Positions 28,057 through 39,181 of a DNA stretch of 64,000 nt are shown here, in pieces; positions within the stretch are counted from its first letter, which is position 1; each line of letters begins with the position of its first letter. The notes beneath the pieces are model-generated. The model worked only from the letters and a program-made list of their open reading frames with translations, made no database searches and was not told the DNA's origin. Origin of the DNA: Methanomassiliicoccaceae archaeon (GTDB lineage Archaea > Thermoplasmatota > Thermoplasmata > Methanomassiliicoccales > UBA472). The stretch lies in NCBI GenBank assembly GCA_963827135.1, contig CAWGZX010000005.1, positions 123,435 to 187,434 of the forward strand. Reading direction: 5' to 3'. Made by a program: the position numbers and the translations under genes.

Positions 28057-29224
28057 CGTTGAGGTCCTGGATCAGGTCCTCGGCGTCCTCGATCCCCAGA
28101 GAGAGGCGAACCAGCTCGTCCCTTATCCCCAGGCGGTCGCGCTCCTCGGGGGTGAGCGAGGAATGGGAGGAGTTCAACGGCATGCTCGCCAAGGAGTCCA
28201 CGCCCCCGAGGCTGGTGGCCATCTTGATGATCTTGAAGGAGCGCAGGACCTTCTCGGCAGCCTTCCTTCCGCCCTTGACCTCGAAGCTCACCATCCCCCC
28301 GAAGCCGGTCATCTGCTCTTTCGCTAGAACATGCTGGGGGTGGCTGACCAGGCCAGGATAGAGGACCCTATCAACCCTTGGATGGGACTCCAGGAACCTT
28401 GCGACCTCGGTTCCGTTGCGATTATGCCTCTCCATCCTCAGTGCCAGAGTCTTGATCCCACGTAAAAGCAGGAACGCTCCCATCGGGTCCATGGAGCCCC
28501 CGTAGAGGATCCTCCTCCTCGATATCGATTCGATGTCCGCCCCCTTGCCTAGGACGGCTCCAGCGATCAGGTCGGTGTGGCCATTCAAGTACTTGGTACA
28601 GGAGTGCGCGACCAGGTCTACGCCCATATCCAGGGGCCTTTGGTTGATGGGTGTGGCAAAGGTAGAATCGATCATGCTCTTGATGCCATGGACCTTGGCC
28701 ACTCTGGCCGCCGCCTTGATGTCAACCAGCTTCAGGAGAGGATTGGTTGGGGACTCCAGATAGATGAGCTTAGTGTTGGGCCGAATGGCCCTCTCGATGG
28801 CCCCTGGGTCGGTGGTATCAACGAAAGTGAAGTCGACGCCGAGGCGGGGCAGCTCGGAGCGTATGAAGGAATACGTCCCGCCGTAGATGTCCTCCACCGA
28901 TACCAGGTGGTCGCCCTTGCCCACGAAGGACAGGATCGTAGAGGTGATCGCGGCCATTCCAGATGAGAACAGGAGCCCTCGCTCCGCTCCCTCCAAGGCG
29001 GCCAGCTTATCCTCGGTCGCCCTAATCGTGGGATTGCCCCAACGGGTGTAGATGTATGATCCGTCTGGAACCTTTCCCTCCCAGGTTAAGGGGTCCTGGG
29101 TGGGGAAATAGAACGTGGAAGTCTGATAGATCGGGGTAACGACCTCTCCTTGGCTCGGTGCCAGCTCCCCAGCGTGGACTGCGGTCGTCGACTTGCCCTT
29201 GTACCTCGCCCTCTTATCGGCCAT
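28043..29224 (-). CDS. Cys/Met-metabolism PLP-dependent enzyme (cystathionine gamma-synthase/lyase or O-acylhomoserine sulfhydrylase)
   Basis: 393 aa with ..HSCTKYLNGHTD.. PLP-lysine motif. Confidence 0.88.
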   Translation of the reverse strand: MADKRARYKGKSTTAVHAGELAPSQGEVVTPIYQTSTFYFPTQDPLTWEGKVPDGSYIYTRWGNPTIRATEDKLAALEGAERGLLFSSGMAAITSTILSFVGKGDHLVSVEDIYGGTYSFIRSELPRLGVDFTFVDTTDPGAIERAIRPNTKLIYLESPTNPLLKLVDIKAAARVAKVHGIKSMIDSTFATPINQRPLDMGVDLVAHSCTKYLNGHTDLIAGAVLGKGADIESISRRRILYGGSMDPMGAFLLLRGIKTLALRMERHNRNGTEVARFLESHPRVDRVLYPGLVSHPQHVLAKEQMTGFGGMVSFEVKGGRKAAEKVLRSFKIIKMATSLGGVDSLASMPLNSSHSSLTPEERDRLGIRDELVRLSLGIEDAEDLIQDLNDALS

Positions 29225-29272
29225 TTTCTCCCTCGGAAGACGGATTGGGCGAGCGCTCGATAATCCTTGCTC

Positions 29273-30389
29273 TCAGCCGCCCCTCTTCTTGATGATGCTT
29301 AGAATGTCGCCGTCCATCAGAACATGGTCCAATCCCACGGTCTGACCTGGGAACTTGGCGCTCCTGCCCCATACCACGGCATAGCGGAAGTTGGGCCGAA
29401 TGGAGCGATGCAGGGAGTCGCAGACGTCCCCCACCGTCGCCCCGTTCCTGATCACCAAAGGCACCTCCATGTCCGCCTCCTTCCCTTGGGGCTTGAGGTA
29501 CACGCTGATGAGGTCCAGGTTCTCGTAGATGGTCTCCTTGAGCTCGGGGGTGCCTTGGTCCCTCTCCGCCGAGATGAAGACCACGTCGTAGCCCTTGAAC
29601 TTCTGGCGCAGCCCCTTCATGTAGTCCTTGTCCTTGACCAGGTCGATCTTGTTGACGGCCACCATGGCCTTGGCGTAGACCCGGTTGCCGGCGAGCACGT
29701 CGATCAGCTGGTCCACGTCCACGTCCTCGCGTATCACCACATCGGCGTTGATGTAGCCGTACTCGGAGACGATGCTACGGGCCATCTCCTCGTCCATCTT
29801 GATCATCTTCACCGTGCTCCGCACATCCACGCCCCCGATCTCGGTCTTGGATATGACCACGTCAGCAGGATGGGTGTTGATGCGTATCCCCACGGCCTCC
29901 AGCTCGCGGATGAGGATATGGATGTTGGTGTCGAAGGCGTCGATGACGAAGATGATCAGATCGGCTGCCCGGACCACGGAAAGGACCTCCCTGCCCCTGC
30001 CCTTGCCCTTGGATGCGTCCTTGATCAATCCGGGAAGATCCAAGACCTGGATCTTGGCGAACTTGTAATCCATCACGCCCGGGACGACGTCCAGAGTGGT
30101 GAAGTCGTATGCCCCTACCTCACTCTCCGCGTCCGTTAGCCGGTTGAGGATGGTGGACTTGCCCACCGATGGGAAACCAACGAGCGCGACCGTGGCGTTG
30201 CCCGATTTCTTGACCGCAAACGTCAGCCCTGCCTTCCCGCCGCTGGTGCGCCTCTTTATCCTGCTCCTCCTTGAGCCGAGCTATCTTGGCCTTGAGCTTG
30301 CCGATGTGGTACTCGGTATGCTTGTTCTTCTGCGTCTTGAAGATCTCGTCCTCGAGGGCCTTGATCTGCTCTTCGATGGTGGTGGACAA
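29273..30389 (-). CDS. Developmentally regulated GTP-binding protein (DRG/Obg-family, TGS domain), interrupted by a 1-nt frame break (30215-30266)
   Basis: N-terminal 89-aa ORF (TTG 30389, MSTTIEEQIKALEDEI..HIGKLKAKIARLKEEQDK). The G domain continues in another frame (..GGKAGLTFAVKKSGNATVALVGFPSVGKSTILN..). A CCC/GGG run at 30236-30238 is a likely break site. Confidence 0.85.
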
Positions 30390-30400
30390 CCGGCGCTCAC

Positions 30401-31351
30401 CTACCTCAAAATCAGGGTCCCAGCCCTGCCTTCCAATGCCTGGTCTATCTTCTCCGTAGAGGTGATGATCACCCTTTCTCCCCCATTATCGAGGAAGTAG
30501 AGGGCCGCCTCCACCTTCGGTGCCATGCTGCCCGCGCCGAACTGCCCGTTTTCTAGGTGCGTTGCCATCTCCGCGGCGCTCACCTTTCCTAGAGGCTTGG
30601 GCGCATCTGAGTTGAAATCGAGGAATACGTTGTCGACGTCGGTGAGCATGACGAAGAGTTTCTCCTGCACCTTGACCGCTAGCACCGCGGCCGCCAGGTC
30701 CTTGTCCACCACGGCATCGACTCCCAGGTAGGCGCCATCCCTCTCTACCACCGGGATGCCCCCTCCTCCCGAGGCTATCACGACCTCCGCCTGGTTCTCC
30801 CCGCCGAAGACCAGGCGCCTGATGCCGCTGAACTCCACGATGCCTATCGGTCTCGGCGACGGCACCACCCTTCTCTGTCCTCCTCGCTTGATGTCGACGG
30901 CAAAGTCCCAATTGTGGGTGGCCTTGAGCTCCGCCACCTCCTCCTCGTCATAAAACGGCCCAACAGGCTTCGTGGGCTGCTCGAAGGCCGGGTCGTCCGG
31001 GTCGACGATTACTCGGGTTAGGACGCAGGTCACCACTTTCCTCACGCCCTCCTTGGCCAAGGCTTCGGTCAGCGCCTGCTGGATCATGTAGCCGAGCTGG
31101 CCCTGGGACTCGGCCACGCAAACATCGAGCGGCATGGACGGGACCTTCTTGCGGGCAAGGTCGTTCTGGATCAGGATGTTACCGACCTGGGGCCCATTGC
31201 CGTGGGTGAGGACTATGTCATAACCGGAGCGGATCATGCGCGCCAAGTGACGGCAAGTCGACTGGAGGTTGCGCATCTGGTTGGTGAAGGTGGCTTCCTC
31301 ACCAGCCTTCAAGATGGCGTTGCCGCCTATGGCCACGACAGCCGTCTTCAT
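30401..31351 (-). CDS. arcC: Carbamate kinase
   Basis: 316 aa: MKTAVVAIGGNAIL..THGNGPQVG.. Confidence 0.92.
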   Translation of the reverse strand: MKTAVVAIGGNAILKAGEEATFTNQMRNLQSTCRHLARMIRSGYDIVLTHGNGPQVGNILIQNDLARKKVPSMPLDVCVAESQGQLGYMIQQALTEALAKEGVRKVVTCVLTRVIVDPDDPAFEQPTKPVGPFYDEEEVAELKATHNWDFAVDIKRGGQRRVVPSPRPIGIVEFSGIRRLVFGGENQAEVVIASGGGGIPVVERDGAYLGVDAVVDKDLAAAVLAVKVQEKLFVMLTDVDNVFLDFNSDAPKPLGKVSAAEMATHLENGQFGAGSMAPKVEAALYFLDNGGERVIITSTEKIDQALEGRAGTLILR

Positions 31352-31497
31352 TCTCTTCGTTCACCTGGTCGGGATTTTTGACACAAGATTGATAATATTT
31401 AACCTTGACGGATGCCCCGCACCAAGGACTGGTCGACTGGAGCCGTTCGGTTCGGAAGGAAGGAAACATTTAAACAAGATAGCGAGATTCCTTGGCA

Positions 31498-32469
31498 ATG
31501 GCCGCACCTTCTTCCAACCTTAAATGGCAGGAGTTCCGCAAGAGCAAGCTTGGGTTAGCTTTCGGCATAGTCCTGGCGTTTCTGCTCTCTTACGTGCTAC
31601 TGCTCTACGGTGGGCTATTAATCTGCTTGCCCACGATCCTTGTGGCCGTCATCCTATACTTCGTCCCAAGGTACTTTGGACTGGTGAGCAGGAAGAAGCT
31701 GGTGGTGGTGGGCTTGATCATGATGGTCCTATTGGGAATGGTGTCCGGATACACCGTGTTCCTGGTGGTCAAGGACATCCAACCTGAGCCAGTGTCCGCT
31801 GATGATTTCCTCACCCAAGGCACGGTGACCCCTTTCAGAGGGAGCGGCTCGGACATCTACAACTTCACCGTGACGGTGACCAGCGAGAACGTCTCCGTAT
31901 CATCGGAGGTCTGGGTCAATTTATACGATTACTTCAACACCAATTATCTCAAGCGCATCAATCTCACCCACTCATTTAATGGAACGAGCGAAGGCAGCAT
32001 GGTCTTCTATGAGCGGGTCGAGCTCTCCGATAGCATCTATCGGCACACCTTCAATTATAACCAGAGCGCGGACAATGTGGTGACGACCAGAACTGGCTGG
32101 GGTCCGACCATGCTCTCCGAGAGCGAGCTCCTCGGGCTTGAGCTCTACTACAACACGTTGTACGTGGTCGTCAATGTTGGCCTTTGGTTCGCCTTCGTCA
32201 TAATGGCCACCTGGTGGATGGAGTCCTCCAAGAAGAAGGTGGAGGCCGTCCAGAAGCAGAAGAAAGAGGCCGAGGCCAAGGTGAGTCAAGAGAAGTTCGT
32301 CTGCTCAGAGTGTGGGGCTGACGTGCCCATCGATGCCAAGGAATGCCCGCAATGCGGAGAGAAGTTCGAGGACGAGGCTCGGGGCCCGGAGAAATGCCCC
32401 TCCTGCGGCAAAGAGGCGGCACCCGGAGCCACCAACTGTTGGAACTGCGGAAAGGAGCTCAAGAAATAG
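31498..32469 (+). CDS. Membrane protein with extracellular sequon-rich domain and C-terminal double zinc ribbon
   Basis: Three N-terminal TMs. Loop with NFT/NVS/NLT/NGT/NQS sequons, then a TM and a K/E-rich helix. Then CSECG..CPQCG..CPSCG..CWNCG. Confidence 0.6.
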   Translation: MAAPSSNLKWQEFRKSKLGLAFGIVLAFLLSYVLLLYGGLLICLPTILVAVILYFVPRYFGLVSRKKLVVVGLIMMVLLGMVSGYTVFLVVKDIQPEPVSADDFLTQGTVTPFRGSGSDIYNFTVTVTSENVSVSSEVWVNLYDYFNTNYLKRINLTHSFNGTSEGSMVFYERVELSDSIYRHTFNYNQSADNVVTTRTGWGPTMLSESELLGLELYYNTLYVVVNVGLWFAFVIMATWWMESSKKKVEAVQKQKKEAEAKVSQEKFVCSECGADVPIDAKECPQCGEKFEDEARGPEKCPSCGKEAAPGATNCWNCGKELKK

Positions 32470-32556
32470 GTCTGGCTCCTTGCCAAGCTTTAATAAATCG
32501 CGCTGGCATACCCTCCATGGGGATGCACTTTCACCACAGAGAGGTGAGCCTTTAGC

Positions 32557-34560
32557 ATGACTTCGATGGCGGAGCAGCTGGCCAAGAAGCAGAAGGAGAT
32601 ATCGGTCTCAGAGTTCTTCGAGCGCAACCGCCAGATCCTGGGATTCGATTCGCCCACAAAAGCCTTGCTCATGGCGGTCAAGGAGGCGGTGGACAACTCC
32701 TTGGACGCTTGCGAGGAGGCCGGGATCCTACCGGACATCGTCGTCAAGCTGGAGAGGGTGGACGACAAGGAGTTCAGGATGACCGTGGAGGACAACGGCC
32801 CCGGCATCGTGCCCACCATGATCCCGAACGTCTTCGGGCGGCTTCTGTTCGGGTCCAGGTTCCATGCCATCAGGCAGTCGAGGGGTCAGCAGGGGATAGG
32901 GATCTCGGCCACGGTCATGTATGGCCAGATCACCACAGGAAAGCCCGCCCGCATCACCTCGAAGACGGAGAGCGACAAGCCCGCCGCGGTCAAGCTCATA
33001 ATGATCAACACCAAGCACAACTCCCCCGATGTGGTCGGGCCCTCGCCCCCTAACGATTACATCATGTGGGACGAGAAGGAGCACGGTACCAGGGTGGAGA
33101 TCAACCTAAACGGGCGCTACATCTCAAACAAGCAGTCGGTATATGAGTACCTCAGGCAGACAGCGATCGTCAACCCCCATGCCAGCCTGACCTTCGTGGA
33201 TCCTGAGGGCAAGGCGACCACCTTCGCCCGGGCATATGAGAAGTTACCGCCCACGACCAAGGAGATCAGGCCCCACCCGGAAGGCCTGGAGCTCGGCACG
33301 TTGATGAACCTTGGCCGGGCGACGAGGGTCAAGAACCTTAAGGAGTTCCTGAAGGCGGACTTCTGCCGCATCTCCGATCGCTTGGCCAAGGAGATCGTCG
33401 AGCGTTCCGGGCTCAAAGAGACCGCCAAGACCACCCAGCTGGACCTCGACCAGTACAAGGCCCTCCTTGGAGCGATGCAGTCTGCGAAATACCTCCCTCC
33501 GCCCACGGACTGTCTGTCGCCCATCGGGGAAGCGCTCATCCGCAAGGGGCTGAAGAACGTCCTGGACGACATGAGGCCGGAGTTCTACAGCCCGCCGGTC
33601 ACACGTTCCCCCCGGGTCTACTCCGGAAACCCGTTCCAGGTGGAGGTGGGCATCGTCTACGGCGGCAACCTCCCCGCGGAACAGCAGGTCTCCATCCTGC
33701 GCTTCGCCAATCGCGTGCCGCTCCTCTATCAGCAGGGGGCGTGCGTGCTCACCAAGTCCGTGGAGAACGTGGACTGGCGCCGCTATGGCCTGGAGCAGCG
33801 TGGAGGATCGGGCATACCATTCGGACCGGCGATCATCCTTGTGCACCTGGCATCGACCAAGGTGCCCTTCACCTCCGAGGCCAAGGAGGCGGTGGCGTCG
33901 ATCCCCGAGATCCAGGCGGAGATCGAGCTCGCCCTGCGCGAATGCGGGCGCCGCCTCAAGATCCACCTTAATAAGAAGGACACCAAGGTGCGGACGAAGG
34001 CCAAGTTCGAGATCGTACAGGAGATACTGCCTCTAATCGCGGAGAAGAGCGCCAAGATCGTCAAGAAGCCGGTGCCGCAGCTTTCGGGCACCATCACCAA
34101 GATCATGAACGTAGTCTGGATCGATGACTCGGTGGTGTACGAGAAGAAGCGCCACCGGGTCAAGGTGGACATCTACAACTACACGCCCAAGCAGCTCAGG
34201 TTCAATCTGCACGCGGTGGTGCCCTCGACGGCCATAGAGCTGTTGCGCTCAGAGCCGAGACCGGTGCAGGTCAAAGAGGACGGGAAGATCACTTGGGAGC
34301 TCAAACCCATCCGCTCCACTGAGAAGTTCACCGTGGCGTTGGAGCTGGAGGGGCTCGAACCGGAGCTCTACGACGAGAACGAGCTCTATGCGAGCGGCAT
34401 CGACCCGTCGATGATCATCGGCGCCGACCCCCTACCAGGGGATTGGGACGTGGCCCGCCTGAAGGTGACCGAGGAGGCTGCGGACGCCGCCCCTCCCGCC
34501 GATGAGGAAGAGGAGGAAGTGGACTATGACGAGCAGACGGAGGCACTGAGCGATGACTGA
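32557..34560 (+). CDS. top6B: DNA topoisomerase VI subunit B
   Basis: Bergerat ATPase motifs (EAVDNSLDA, DNGPGI, GQQGIG). Acidic C-terminal tail. Confidence 0.95.
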   Translation: MTSMAEQLAKKQKEISVSEFFERNRQILGFDSPTKALLMAVKEAVDNSLDACEEAGILPDIVVKLERVDDKEFRMTVEDNGPGIVPTMIPNVFGRLLFGSRFHAIRQSRGQQGIGISATVMYGQITTGKPARITSKTESDKPAAVKLIMINTKHNSPDVVGPSPPNDYIMWDEKEHGTRVEINLNGRYISNKQSVYEYLRQTAIVNPHASLTFVDPEGKATTFARAYEKLPPTTKEIRPHPEGLELGTLMNLGRATRVKNLKEFLKADFCRISDRLAKEIVERSGLKETAKTTQLDLDQYKALLGAMQSAKYLPPPTDCLSPIGEALIRKGLKNVLDDMRPEFYSPPVTRSPRVYSGNPFQVEVGIVYGGNLPAEQQVSILRFANRVPLLYQQGACVLTKSVENVDWRRYGLEQRGGSGIPFGPAIILVHLASTKVPFTSEAKEAVASIPEIQAEIELALRECGRRLKIHLNKKDTKVRTKAKFEIVQEILPLIAEKSAKIVKKPVPQLSGTITKIMNVVWIDDSVVYEKKRHRVKVDIYNYTPKQLRFNLHAVVPSTAIELLRSEPRPVQVKEDGKITWELKPIRSTEKFTVALELEGLEPELYDENELYASGIDPSMIIGADPLPGDWDVARLKVTEEAADAAPPADEEEEEVDYDEQTEALSDD

Positions 34561-35647
34561 TTACTCCAAGGAGGCGGTGCTGCGCCTTTACGAGATCGCC
34601 GAGTCCATCTACGACCAGATCGACGGCGGCAAGGTCCCGAAAATGGTCATACCGCTCAGGACCAAGTCAAACATCCGCTTCGACCCTAAGCACTCCGTTT
34701 GGAAATATGGGCCGGCCAAGGGCGCCCGGACGGCGAAGAAGACCCAGGGGGCGCTGATGCTCCTGCGCACCATGTACGTGATGGAGCTCATCGAGGACAT
34801 GATCAAGGAGAGCAAGTCCTCGACCCTGAGGGAGATGTATTACATCTCCGAGGGCTGGGGCAAGGGCAAGTTCCATTCCCAGGATGAGAGCAACCTGCTC
34901 GCAGAGGACCTGGAGATAGTCACCGGCCTGATGCGCGAGGACTTCAAGCTCCGCCCGGAGGAGAACGGTGCCAGCGTCATCGGGGACATCACCATCCAGG
35001 AGACCGACCGCAAGGGCAAGAGCAAGAAGATCAACTGCCTAGACGATGTCGGGGACTCGGGCTATGGCATCCCCTACAACGTGGAGAGCGACAAGGTGAA
35101 GCTGCTGGAGACCGGGGCGGACTTCATCATCGCCATCGAGACCGGCGGTATGTTCGACCGCCTGGTGGAGAACGGCTTCGCCGAGGACTTCAACTCCGTG
35201 CTCGTGCACCTGAAAGGGCAACCGGCCCGGTCCACCCGCCGCTTCATCAAGCGCGCGAACGAGGAGATGAAGCTGCCGGTCGTGGTCTTCACCGACGGAG
35301 ACCCCTGGTCCTTCCGCATCTTCGCCTCGGTGGCGTACGGTGCCATCAAGACCGCGCACATCTCCGAGTTCCTGGCTACTCCCACTGCCGAGTACGTGGG
35401 CATCACCGCCTCGGACATCGAGAACTACAAGCTTCCCACGGACAAGCTGACCGAGAGAGACACCAAGGCGCTGGAGGCGGAGCTCAAGGACCCGCGCTTC
35501 AACGACGAGTTCTGGAGGAACGAGATCGAGCTCATGCTCAAGCTGAACAAGAAATCGGAACAGCAGGCCCTGGCCAAGTACGGGCTGGACTACGTGACCG
35601 ATAAGTACCTGCCAGAGAAGCTAGGGGAGATGGGCGTCCTGAGGTGA
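34553..35647 (+). CDS. top6A: DNA topoisomerase VI subunit A (Spo11 family)
   Basis: 364 aa with ..STLREMYYISE.. catalytic Tyr region and a Toprim domain. 8-nt overlap with top6B. Confidence 0.95.
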   Translation: MTDYSKEAVLRLYEIAESIYDQIDGGKVPKMVIPLRTKSNIRFDPKHSVWKYGPAKGARTAKKTQGALMLLRTMYVMELIEDMIKESKSSTLREMYYISEGWGKGKFHSQDESNLLAEDLEIVTGLMREDFKLRPEENGASVIGDITIQETDRKGKSKKINCLDDVGDSGYGIPYNVESDKVKLLETGADFIIAIETGGMFDRLVENGFAEDFNSVLVHLKGQPARSTRRFIKRANEEMKLPVVVFTDGDPWSFRIFASVAYGAIKTAHISEFLATPTAEYVGITASDIENYKLPTDKLTERDTKALEAELKDPRFNDEFWRNEIELMLKLNKKSEQQALAKYGLDYVTDKYLPEKLGEMGVLR

Positions 35648-35696
35648 CGCCAGGAGACTATTTTTATCCCGCCGCAGCATTTCATAGCGCGGAACG

Positions 35697-36287
35697 ATGT
35701 CGAGAAGGCACCTCGAGATAGGCGCCTGTGGCTTGGATTGCGGCCTGTGCCCAAGGCGTTTCACGGAAGGCAAGTCCAGATGCGAAGGATGCGGCACCGA
35801 GTACTCGTTCGCCGCGGTCGGATGCAAGATCTACAGATGCTGCGTCTCCGAGAAAGGCTTAGAGACTTGTGCGGCCTGCGGTGACTTCCCCTGCCCCATG
35901 CTCGAAGGTGCGACCGATGCCGACTCCTTTGTAACGCATGTGGCTATGATCTCCAATTTGAGTTTTATCGCTCGGTCTGGCATAGATGAATACCTGTGGG
36001 AGCAGGATCTGAGGAGACGTGCCCTGGAGCAGATGCTCAGCGAATTCAACGACGGCCGATCAAAAAGCTATTATTGCTTGGCCGCGAGATTGTTATCTGT
36101 CGATGCGCTGATCGATGCTCTGGACAAGGCCACTGCGAGAGCTGGAAACGGAGGTGGCGATGAGGGGAACCGAGCCAAAATGAGAAGAATCCTCAAGGAT
36201 GAGCTGGATATCGCTGCCACCAGGGAGAAGGTCGACCTCCATCTGAGGAAGGCAGATTCGAGAAGGAGAAGGGACGGGGCTCCTTAG
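35697..36287 (+). CDS. DUF3795-like Cys-rich protein
   Basis: N-terminal ACGLDCGLCPR..CEGCG..CAACGDFPC pattern with a helical C-terminus. Confidence 0.6.
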   Translation: MSRRHLEIGACGLDCGLCPRRFTEGKSRCEGCGTEYSFAAVGCKIYRCCVSEKGLETCAACGDFPCPMLEGATDADSFVTHVAMISNLSFIARSGIDEYLWEQDLRRRALEQMLSEFNDGRSKSYYCLAARLLSVDALIDALDKATARAGNGGGDEGNRAKMRRILKDELDIAATREKVDLHLRKADSRRRRDGAP

Positions 36288-36315
36288 GCGCGATAGTAGG
36301 CCGATGACGCCCCGT

Positions 36316-36792
36316 TCATTCTAGAAGCCTCTCCATGTTCATGCTCTTGACCACGAAGCCTGACCCCTGATAGAGATGGATGGCCACCGGATTGTGAACG
36401 AACACGTGGAGGTAAAGCACCCTCACCGCCCTCTCCTTCGCGAGCTTCTCCAATGCACGTATGGTCGCCTTGCCCAGCCCCTGCCCCCTATGCTCCTCCT
36501 CGATGAAGAGGTCATAGATGAAGCCTGAACGGCTTCCATCCTCTTCGAACTTGACCCAGAGAGCACCGACCTGGTCCCCGCTGGCCGGGTCTTTGATGAC
36601 GAATAGGTGATTGAGCGGCGTGTCCAAGCCATTATGAAGTAGCCGGAGATGGTCCTCCTTGGACTTGCTCTCAGCGTCCTCTTCGGTGCGATAACCAGCC
36701 TTGATGTTCTCCAGGGCATATCGATGGACGGCCTGTTCAAGGTAGCTTTGGAACTGTTCCTCGATCATTGGTACGAGAATTACATCCCTCAT
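36316..36792 (-). CDS. GNAT family N-acetyltransferase
   Basis: RGQGLGKA acetyl-CoA motif. 158 aa. Confidence 0.85.
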   Translation of the reverse strand: MRDVILVPMIEEQFQSYLEQAVHRYALENIKAGYRTEEDAESKSKEDHLRLLHNGLDTPLNHLFVIKDPASGDQVGALWVKFEEDGSRSGFIYDLFIEEEHRGQGLGKATIRALEKLAKERAVRVLYLHVFVHNPVAIHLYQGSGFVVKSMNMERLLE

Positions 36793-36980
36793 CCGTAGCG
36801 ATTACCGTCATTTCCTACGATAAGCTCTCCCCCGCACTGCTTCTTAAGACTAAGGTCATGATGAACCGATGCGAGAGCCGAGTTACCTTGGGCCATGGCA
36901 GCAATGCTCAGCCAGATGCTGTCATTGGTAGAAGAGCGCCACCAAAAAGCGGCAGTATTAGGGAGAGAAAAGAGCCTCAT
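36789..36980 (-). CDS. Possible small ORF (63 aa) coupled to the GNAT gene
   Basis: ATG at 36980. The TGA stop overlaps the GNAT ATG (ATGA, 36789-36792). No recognisable domain, so it may be non-coding. Confidence 0.2.
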   Translation of the reverse strand: MRLFSLPNTAAFWWRSSTNDSIWLSIAAMAQGNSALASVHHDLSLKKQCGGELIVGNDGNRYG

Positions 36981-37020
36981 TTTTCCTAAATTCCTTCTAA
37001 TTCAATCTTTTCCCGTATGA

Positions 37021-38499
<1,479 letters not shown>

Positions 38500-38659
38500 C
38501 GAGCGAGCCTGTTGAAACCCTTTCGACCGGGGGCATCACCTCCGGTCCGATTTCATTATCTCCCCAGGTGTCATCTTCAGCATCCGTATTACCCAACGGA
38601 CCTAACGATTTGAATTGCGAACAATCTAAATGAGGGGATATCACAACCAAGGTGTGGTC

Positions 38660-39181
38660 ATGAAACATGAACACAGGAACAAGTGCCTCGATGTCGAGAA
38701 GAGGTGCGTCCCAGAGGATACGGCCAAGAGATTATCCGCCATCTTCCTGAAATACCGCAAGGACAAGGACGATCTGCTATCCATTTTACAAGATATCCAG
38801 GATGAGTTCGGATACTTACCCGAGGATGCCCTATATCTTCTATCCAAGGAAATCAAGGTTCCAGAGAATGAGATCTATGGAGTAGCGACATTCTATGCCA
38901 TCTTCAGATTCGAAAGGCCTGCCAAGCACAGGATCACCGTCTGCCTAGGCACCGCGTGCTACGTCAATGGGTCAACGAGGATCCTGGATGAGGCGGAGAG
39001 GAAGCTGGGCATAAAGGTAGGCCAGACCACAGAGGATGGTCAGATCAGCTTAGATCACGTATTCTGCAACGGCTGTTGCGGTCACGCCCCGGTTGTGATC
39101 GTCGACAACGATGTCTCCGGGGGATGGTCCGCAACCAAGCTAAGCGAGACCATCGATAAATTCAAAGAGGGGTCTCCTTGA
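38660..39181 (+). CDS. NuoE/HydC-like [2Fe-2S] thioredoxin-fold subunit
   Basis: CLGTAC...CNGCCGHAP cluster motifs. The stop overlaps the next start (TTGA). Confidence 0.85.
   Translation: MKHEHRNKCLDVEKRCVPEDTAKRLSAIFLKYRKDKDDLLSILQDIQDEFGYLPEDALYLLSKEIKVPENEIYGVATFYAIFRFERPAKHRITVCLGTACYVNGSTRILDEAERKLGIKVGQTTEDGQISLDHVFCNGCCGHAPVVIVDNDVSGGWSATKLSETIDKFKEGSP

Noticed and set aside
36316-36980. GNAT plus small ORF as a type II toxin-antitoxin system.
   Set aside because: The GNAT resembles ordinary acetyltransferases with an N-terminal helical extension, and the small ORF lacks RHH/DUF1778 features. It is kept only as a low-interest note.
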